Shown here piece after piece: positions 58,457 through 64,000 of a stretch of DNA of 64,000 nucleotides. The notes beneath the pieces are model-generated. The model did no database searches, was not told where the DNA came from, and was given only the letters and a program-made list of their open reading frames with translations. Both the position numbers and the translations under genes were made by a program. Numbering within the stretch: the stretch's first letter is position 1; each line of letters opens with the position of its first letter. Source of the stretch: Nitrosopumilaceae archaeon (GTDB lineage Archaea; Thermoproteota; Nitrososphaeria; Nitrososphaerales; Nitrosopumilaceae); contig OZ242365.1 in NCBI GenBank assembly GCA_965208905.1, positions 320,001 through 384,000 on the forward strand, given 5' to 3'.

Positions 58457-58476
58457 TTAGTCTACCTGTATATCTA
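58344..58476 (+). ncRNA. Putative second (left-end, outward-facing) omega-RNA-like transcript
   Basis: Non-coding inverted copy of the tnpB 3' hairpins with a compensatory change; AT-rich ATATTTAAG at 58311-58319 upstream. Confidence 0.45.
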
Positions 58477-58987
58477 CAGGTAGAATATCACCATGTACAT
58501 CGTTCTTGTCTAAGAAATGATGTTTCTGCCATGACACTTGCACGTTGCCTCTTACTTTGTGTGTACCCTTACCCAGCTCTGATGCTTTGATGGTATAGTC
58601 CTCCTCAAAGTCGAACAGCTCTTGGCGTACATCTTCTTCAGTCAGTTTTATGATGGGCGTAAAATTCTTTGCAACCTGCACCCAGACCCGCTTCTCCTTC
58701 ATGGGATTTACTAGTTTTGGGTTTCTGGTCCAAAATATTGCTGCCTTCTTGTATGATATGATGGGTTTGCCCAGTTTTTGGCGCCTCAACCCTGTAGAGG
58801 TTATATGAACCTCATACTTCATCTTGACGGATACATCGTTGGCATTGTACGCCTCAGTCCAGTTCTGTTCGGTGAATGACTCCCGGTTCTTGCCTTGTAC
58901 AGAAAACTTTACCAGCAAATGTATTGTGTCATCAAGTGAATATGACGACTTTGATGGTATAACCTCTATCTTATCAATTCGATCCAT
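58457..58987 (-). CDS. Conserved hypothetical protein
   Basis: 176 aa; stop codon is within the TSD of element D. Confidence 0.7.
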   Translation of the reverse strand: MDRIDKIEVIPSKSSYSLDDTIHLLVKFSVQGKNRESFTEQNWTEAYNANDVSVKMKYEVHITSTGLRRQKLGKPIISYKKAAIFWTRNPKLVNPMKEKRVWVQVAKNFTPIIKLTEEDVRQELFDFEEDYTIKASELGKGTHKVRGNVQVSWQKHHFLDKNDVHGDILPVDIQVD

Positions 58988-59030
58988 GCTCGGTTGATTT
59001 ATATCCGTAATATGTTCTTTTTTTAATTAT

Positions 59031-59306
59031 ATGAAGGTCGAAGCTATCAGCTCCACCGCCAACGAGGTAGGATTATCATTTACAGATGTGGATATCGCGA
59101 CACTATACATAATACAACACGAACTCCAAAAGAACCCAGATGTGGAGTTTGTGGGAGTTATTCTCAAACATCCCCTCACAAACGAGTGCTGGATGCGGGT
59201 GACCTCAAAATCAGACCCCAAACAAAACATACGCGATGCAGTAGATGCAGCCATCATCTCCGCCAACGAAATGAAAGATATAATGGCCATGGATGTTTTG
59301 GTTTGA
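59031..59306 (+). CDS. rpoL: RNA polymerase subunit RpoL/Rpo11
   Basis: V.FVGV..KHPL motif, next to TFS. Confidence 0.8.
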   Translation: MKVEAISSTANEVGLSFTDVDIATLYIIQHELQKNPDVEFVGVILKHPLTNECWMRVTSKSDPKQNIRDAVDAAIISANEMKDIMAMDVLV

Positions 59307-59307
59307 G

Positions 59308-59613
59308 ATGAAGTTTTGTCCCAGTTGCAATACACGTCTTCGAAAGATGGATGGTGTCCTAATATGCTCAAAGTGCGACCATAAGGAAGACGGCTCAAGC
59401 GTCACATCTCAACATACAGATGTGGTTCCCGAATTGGATGTTCTAACCGAGGAGGATGGTAAAGATATGCTGCCAACCACAAAGATAGACTGTGACAGAT
59501 GTGGTCATGATGAGGCAGTATGGTGGATGCTACAGACTCGTAGTGCAGATGAGCCCACAACACAGTTTTACAGATGTGTCAAATGCGGCCACACTTGGCG
59601 TGACTACTCTTAA
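59308..59613 (+). CDS. tfs: Transcription factor S (TFS/RpoM)
   Basis: MKFCPSC, QTRSADEPTTQFYRCVKCGHTWR. Confidence 0.93.
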   Translation: MKFCPSCNTRLRKMDGVLICSKCDHKEDGSSVTSQHTDVVPELDVLTEEDGKDMLPTTKIDCDRCGHDEAVWWMLQTRSADEPTTQFYRCVKCGHTWRDYS

Positions 59614-61031
59614 AGATCTGTTAAATGAAACTCGGCGTGTAAGGCTTGTACGACGGTCTTTACATCAGAGTTTTTTATCACAAAGGAGAGATTAATCTCT
59701 GAGGAGCCCTGCGTTATCATTATTACGTTTACATCTTTGTTGCTTACAGTATTGAATACTCGAGATGCTGTTCCAACGGTTCCACGCAGTCCCAAACCTA
59801 TCAGGGATACGACGGCTACATTGGTGGTGACATTAAGGTTTTTGATCTTTTTGCCCAAGTGTTCCATCTCTAAAACATTTACGGCCTTATGCAAGTCCTG
59901 ATTCTTCAATACAATACTGATACTGGACTCTGACGGGTTCTGCGATATCATCATTACGCTGATACCTGGTGCGGCCAGTGTACCAAATATTGCAGCTGCC
60001 GTACCCGGAGAGGCCGCCATTCCAAATCCCTGCATGTCGATAAGGCCGCTATCCCTTATCATACTGACACATTTTATTGTGTTATCAACTATATGAGAGG
60101 GCACAATGAGTGTTCCAGAATTTTTAGTGTTGGTGGCGCTGCGTATGCGCAGAGGTATCCCTCTGTCTAAGACAGGCTCAAAGGTACGTGGGTGTATCTC
60201 CCTTTCGCCAAACATCGACATTTCACGAGCTTCAGAGTATGATATCTTTTGTAATGTTTGTGCCTCAGGTACGATATATGGATCGGCAGTCATCATGCCA
60301 TCCATCTCACCCATAAGCCATACTTGATCAGCATCAATACATGCAGCGATTATGGTGGCCGTATAGTCAGAGCCGCCTCTCCCAAATGTTGTAATGCGGC
60401 CATGCTGGTCGGCAGCAGTATATCCCCCCAACACAGGAACCACGCCTTTATCGATGTGTTCATTTAGATTCTTTGATACCCGTAGTTTGGTGGTATCCAT
60501 TAATGGTTTGGACTTGCCAAATCTTGAATCAGTGAGTATGCCGGCCTCCTTACCACTGAGAGGTACTGTATCCACACCCATAGATTGTAGTGCCGAGGCC
60601 ATCAAGAGTGTGGAGAACCGCTCACCAAAAGAGACCAGATAGTCTCGTGAGCGGGGGGTCTCTTCAGATAACAGTATGAGGCCATCCACCAATACTTGTA
60701 GTTCATCAAATGTTTGGTCTAGTGATTCATCAAGGTTTTGTGATATCGTATGATCAGTTATTATGGTATCTTTTAGATTGTCAGATGTTGTTCTGTGATA
60801 GTCTATTATATCATGGAGTATTTTGATTATCTCTTGCCGCTCGCCAGTCTCCATACTAGAAGACAGTTTTAGTAGATGGTTGGTGGTCTCTCCCATAGCA
60901 GAGCAGACTACCACTAGTTTGTAGTGGTGCGATATCTCAGATAGATATTTTGTGATCTTTGCAATGTCATCTGCTCCAGAGATGGTAGAACCGCCGTACT
61001 TTATTACCAGTCTTGGTCTATCAGAAGGCAT
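59610..61031 (-). CDS. lysC: Aspartate kinase
   Basis: KYGGS, SAMG, GRGGSDYTA, two ACT domains. Confidence 0.93.
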   Translation of the reverse strand: MPSDRPRLVIKYGGSTISGADDIAKITKYLSEISHHYKLVVVCSAMGETTNHLLKLSSSMETGERQEIIKILHDIIDYHRTTSDNLKDTIITDHTISQNLDESLDQTFDELQVLVDGLILLSEETPRSRDYLVSFGERFSTLLMASALQSMGVDTVPLSGKEAGILTDSRFGKSKPLMDTTKLRVSKNLNEHIDKGVVPVLGGYTAADQHGRITTFGRGGSDYTATIIAACIDADQVWLMGEMDGMMTADPYIVPEAQTLQKISYSEAREMSMFGEREIHPRTFEPVLDRGIPLRIRSATNTKNSGTLIVPSHIVDNTIKCVSMIRDSGLIDMQGFGMAASPGTAAAIFGTLAAPGISVMMISQNPSESSISIVLKNQDLHKAVNVLEMEHLGKKIKNLNVTTNVAVVSLIGLGLRGTVGTASRVFNTVSNKDVNVIMITQGSSEINLSFVIKNSDVKTVVQALHAEFHLTDL

Positions 61032-61792
61032 CAGGACTCTGTACGGGGAGCCATGTAAAAGTGAATATGACCCATGTTGGATATGTCAAATCCCACTCGG
61101 AGGGGTTTCTTGTTGGAGAACTCACATGTTATTATACTTGAAGCACCGCCCACGGCCTTTACCACGGGGGTCAGATATTCGAGGCTATAAGTACCCTCAC
61201 TCTGTTGTTCCGCCGATATGGTAACAGAGTTCTCTGTATCTTGTGGTACATCTATACTGGCCTCACCAGAGTCACCCTTACCTGAAAAGGTGGCATTGTT
61301 GTTGTCTATCTGTATAGTCACATAGTCGGTCACGACGCTGACATCTCCTAGTATTTTGTCTAGTGTTGCTGGTGGCATTGTTATCTTTGCATCAAATGTT
61401 AATTTTGGTAGAGGCGCTTCAGTAGCCAAGCTCTCTACTAGTCTCATCTTGTAACGTTTACTGGTACCCATATACAATTGTAGAAAGTTGTCATCGGTTA
61501 ATGTAATTTTGACATCATCACTCTTTGATGCTCGGCGAATCAGTTTTGCAAGCTCGTCTATACGTACACCAAACCTTATCTCCGAGTCACAGATATAGGA
61601 GGCAAATGCCGCGTTCGGCCAATACACATCTATCAATGCTATATGTGAGGGGTCCATTCCCTTGAAGGATATCCCTTCGGTGGTGGCCTCAAAGGTCGCC
61701 TCCTCGACAAGTGTGGCAATGGCGCCAACCACAGCCTTTAGATCATTAGGCCCGCTGGTCTTTGCCTCAAAAGTCAATAAATCTACTATCAA
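61031..61792 (-). CDS. pcn: Proliferating cell nuclear antigen (sliding clamp)
   Basis: MDPSHIALID, YSLEYL, FYMAPR. Confidence 0.95.
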   Translation of the reverse strand: MIVDLLTFEAKTSGPNDLKAVVGAIATLVEEATFEATTEGISFKGMDPSHIALIDVYWPNAAFASYICDSEIRFGVRIDELAKLIRRASKSDDVKITLTDDNFLQLYMGTSKRYKMRLVESLATEAPLPKLTFDAKITMPPATLDKILGDVSVVTDYVTIQIDNNNATFSGKGDSGEASIDVPQDTENSVTISAEQQSEGTYSLEYLTPVVKAVGGASSIITCEFSNKKPLRVGFDISNMGHIHFYMAPRTES

Positions 61793-62005
61793 ATACTCTA
61801 TTTTTAAGTCTTATAGGATATGTTGGATCTCTTACACAAATCTGAGTGATACTACATCTTTTTGCACAAGTACGCCGGAGCAGTGCACCCCAGCGGCCCG
61901 TAATAGAACCACACCGTACCAGACTCTTTTATTTGGAACGGCGCCGCGCGACCACCTCATGACTCAATGAAAACAAAGTATGTGGCCGTATCTGGGGCCA
62001 TATGA

Positions 62006-62179
62006 CTAGCCGTGCCGCTTGTCCAGCTGCTCTATGACAGTCCCTATCAACTGGGAGTTCGCCTGTATGGCCGCCGCATTCGCCTCTATCTTTGCCGCAT
62101 TTGACTCCAGACGCTCAAGTGCCTTAGCTAGGTTCTGGTTTGTGCGCCGTAACTCCTGTATGAGTGTTTGCTCGTCCAT
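62006..62179 (-). CDS. Small coiled-coil hypothetical protein
   Basis: MDEQTLIQELRRTNQNLAKALERLESNAAKIEANAAAIQANSQ; GC-richer than neighbours. Confidence 0.5.
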   Translation of the reverse strand: MDEQTLIQELRRTNQNLAKALERLESNAAKIEANAAAIQANSQLIGTVIEQLDKRHG

Positions 62180-62341
62180 GCTACCTAAACATAAGTCAGA
62201 CGATATATTAATCATAACGCCTCGCGGTTCATAGTAGAATACGGTGTGTTTTCTGAGGATGCCAGGGCATCCGGCACCCGCGATTAGGATGGAAATTCTA
62301 AAAGCCTAAACAATTTATAATAGTTTATTGGTATTCAAGCA

Positions 62342-63796
62342 TTGAACCGTATCTTACTTGCCATCATAGTGTCTGGAGTAGCAGCAGGTCTGATATTTGC
62401 AGCATCCATGCCCGAGCAGACCGCTCAGGCCGGTTCTAATAAAAAATTTCATTTTACAGAGACGGTTGTCTCATCATTATCCCCAGGAGTAGGTCATGAG
62501 ACGCACCAACTAAGCATGATACTCTCGCCTAACAAAGGCACAATATATGATGGTTCCATGACGTATACGGCCAGTACCCCTGTACAGTTGGTGGTACTAC
62601 ATGAGATTGACGAGTCAGACGCTCGTGGCCAACCCACATGGACTGTAGATGGTGAAACAGTATATGGTTGGACTTTCATTGATGAGGGCAAATCCTCGGG
62701 TTCGTTTGAGTATACAGGGGCCGCAGTAGGTCTACACACCCGGGGTGATGAGTTTACTGCTACTGTAAGTGTGGATGGATGGATTCGTGGTCAACCCACC
62801 GATATAATACTGCAAAATCCAAGTGTCGACATACCAGAACCCTCCATAGAGTTGGGTGATGCCAGTGTACCTGCCACCATACCCCTACATGCGGGAATGC
62901 ATGATGGTGGAGATATATTATACATAATAACCGATGCCAGTGATGCGGAATGGGCCGAGGATGTATCCGAACGCCAAGAGTGGAGGGTAGAGCTGGCTCC
63001 GCCGCTAGCAAGTGCAGACAATTTGAATACCATGTATGTATTCACCAATGGTGAGAAGGGTGATGGCATATATGGATATCAGAGTGAGGTGTTTGCATAC
63101 ACACCAGAACAGAGCGACAAGTATAACGCCCTAAGCAAACTAGTCGAGATAACCTGGAAGCCAGGCCAAAACCAACAGGTGCAAGAGTACGCATCAGATA
63201 TACTAGATCTCATAGATGCAGGCCGTGTGCTTGTCAGAGACGAGGGCATTGTGGTAAATGCTCCTCAGATAGTGTGGCCAGATGGTCAGATGATGGTACG
63301 CTCTGACCCTACCATAACAAATGATATGGAGTATGGAGGCGGTCAAATAACCGAGATAAATGAAGAAGAGATGACGGTCACATTTGTAGCCCACAGAGGG
63401 TGGGGTCCAGATGGCCGAACCATATATTATATAGTTACAGATGCCACGCCTTCAGACCCAGCAGGGGCCATGGGCGTACTACACACTCCTACAACAGCCA
63501 GTCTCATAACAAACGCAGCGGCCGTGGATCTCTTCCAGTTCTCAAACGGATTGATGAGTTCAGGTCCATTAGGGTTCCAACCCGGCATAGCATCAGCTGC
63601 TCCTGGTGATGAGGAGTACAGTCCCATGTGGCGTATTTACTTGGTATCATGGAATGATCCATCTGCAGCCACTCTCTTGGAGACTCGCGCAGATATTGAC
63701 CGTTATGTAAGTAACGAGATGGTAACCACATCTTTAGCTCGGCCCATGAATACAGACCACATAGTGAACTGTCCGTTTATAGACCCGTTCCAGTGA
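62342..63796 (+). CDS. Exported hypothetical protein with duplicated YI(I/V)TDA domain
   Basis: Signal anchor; two repeats of YI(I/V)TDA...F(T/S)NG...G..G(Y/F)Q; YSPMW and VNCPF. Confidence 0.75.
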   Translation: MNRILLAIIVSGVAAGLIFAASMPEQTAQAGSNKKFHFTETVVSSLSPGVGHETHQLSMILSPNKGTIYDGSMTYTASTPVQLVVLHEIDESDARGQPTWTVDGETVYGWTFIDEGKSSGSFEYTGAAVGLHTRGDEFTATVSVDGWIRGQPTDIILQNPSVDIPEPSIELGDASVPATIPLHAGMHDGGDILYIITDASDAEWAEDVSERQEWRVELAPPLASADNLNTMYVFTNGEKGDGIYGYQSEVFAYTPEQSDKYNALSKLVEITWKPGQNQQVQEYASDILDLIDAGRVLVRDEGIVVNAPQIVWPDGQMMVRSDPTITNDMEYGGGQITEINEEEMTVTFVAHRGWGPDGRTIYYIVTDATPSDPAGAMGVLHTPTTASLITNAAAVDLFQFSNGLMSSGPLGFQPGIASAAPGDEEYSPMWRIYLVSWNDPSAATLLETRADIDRYVSNEMVTTSLARPMNTDHIVNCPFIDPFQ

Positions 63797-64000
63797 GTGT
63801 CTCGTATTTGTAGTTTGATTAGATGCAAGTAAGAGAATCAATACCCATCATGTATAACGTATCTACAAAGACTCGACTACAAAACCGTACAATGATGCTG
63901 CGGGTGGAGCGCAAGGCGCCAGAGTTGGAGGCATTTACCTGTGAGACAAGCCCCGATATGTTTAAACTATAATTAATCGCCACAATATCATACTGTGATA

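Noticed and set aside
1-64000. CRISPR array, or calling the TnpB-like genes Cas12f/Cas14
   Set aside because: I saw no regularly spaced repeat-spacer array and no cas1/cas2/cas4 near any RuvC gene; each is bounded by TIR and TSD instead.

Overview
Gene-dense chromosomal window from an ammonia-oxidising archaeon (Nitrososphaerota/Thaumarchaeota, Nitrosopumilaceae-like; inferred from thermosome, TFIIB, CdvB/ESCRT-III, PCNA, RpoL, TFS, archaeal CCA enzyme and typical thaumarchaeal small hypothetical proteins). Housekeeping genes include queC/queE/folE, thrB, lysC, glnA, cysC/cysQ, pstS, cbiE, two NDH-2 paralogs and tRNA-Pro(GGG). The main signal is the mobilome. Four divergent TnpB-like (RuvC + Zn finger) genes have intact D-E-D motifs and no neighbouring transposase. 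Each is bounded by terminal inverted repeats (TIRs) and an 8-bp target-site duplication (TSD; perfect in three, 7/8 in one). This is the signature of DDE-type (IS6/IS1595-like) elements rather than the IS200/IS605 or IS607 ends normally associated with TnpB. Three different TIR families are used. In one element the 113-bp TIR copies the putative omega-RNA scaffold to both ends, facing outward, with a compensatory base-pair change, which suggests two guide RNAs. Also present are deleted or degenerate derivatives of these elements, an IS6-derived MITE, two IS481 copies, a candidate structured ncRNA and a relic of a His-rich chaperonin next to a nickel transporter. Annotations come from reading the sequence only; no database searches were run.
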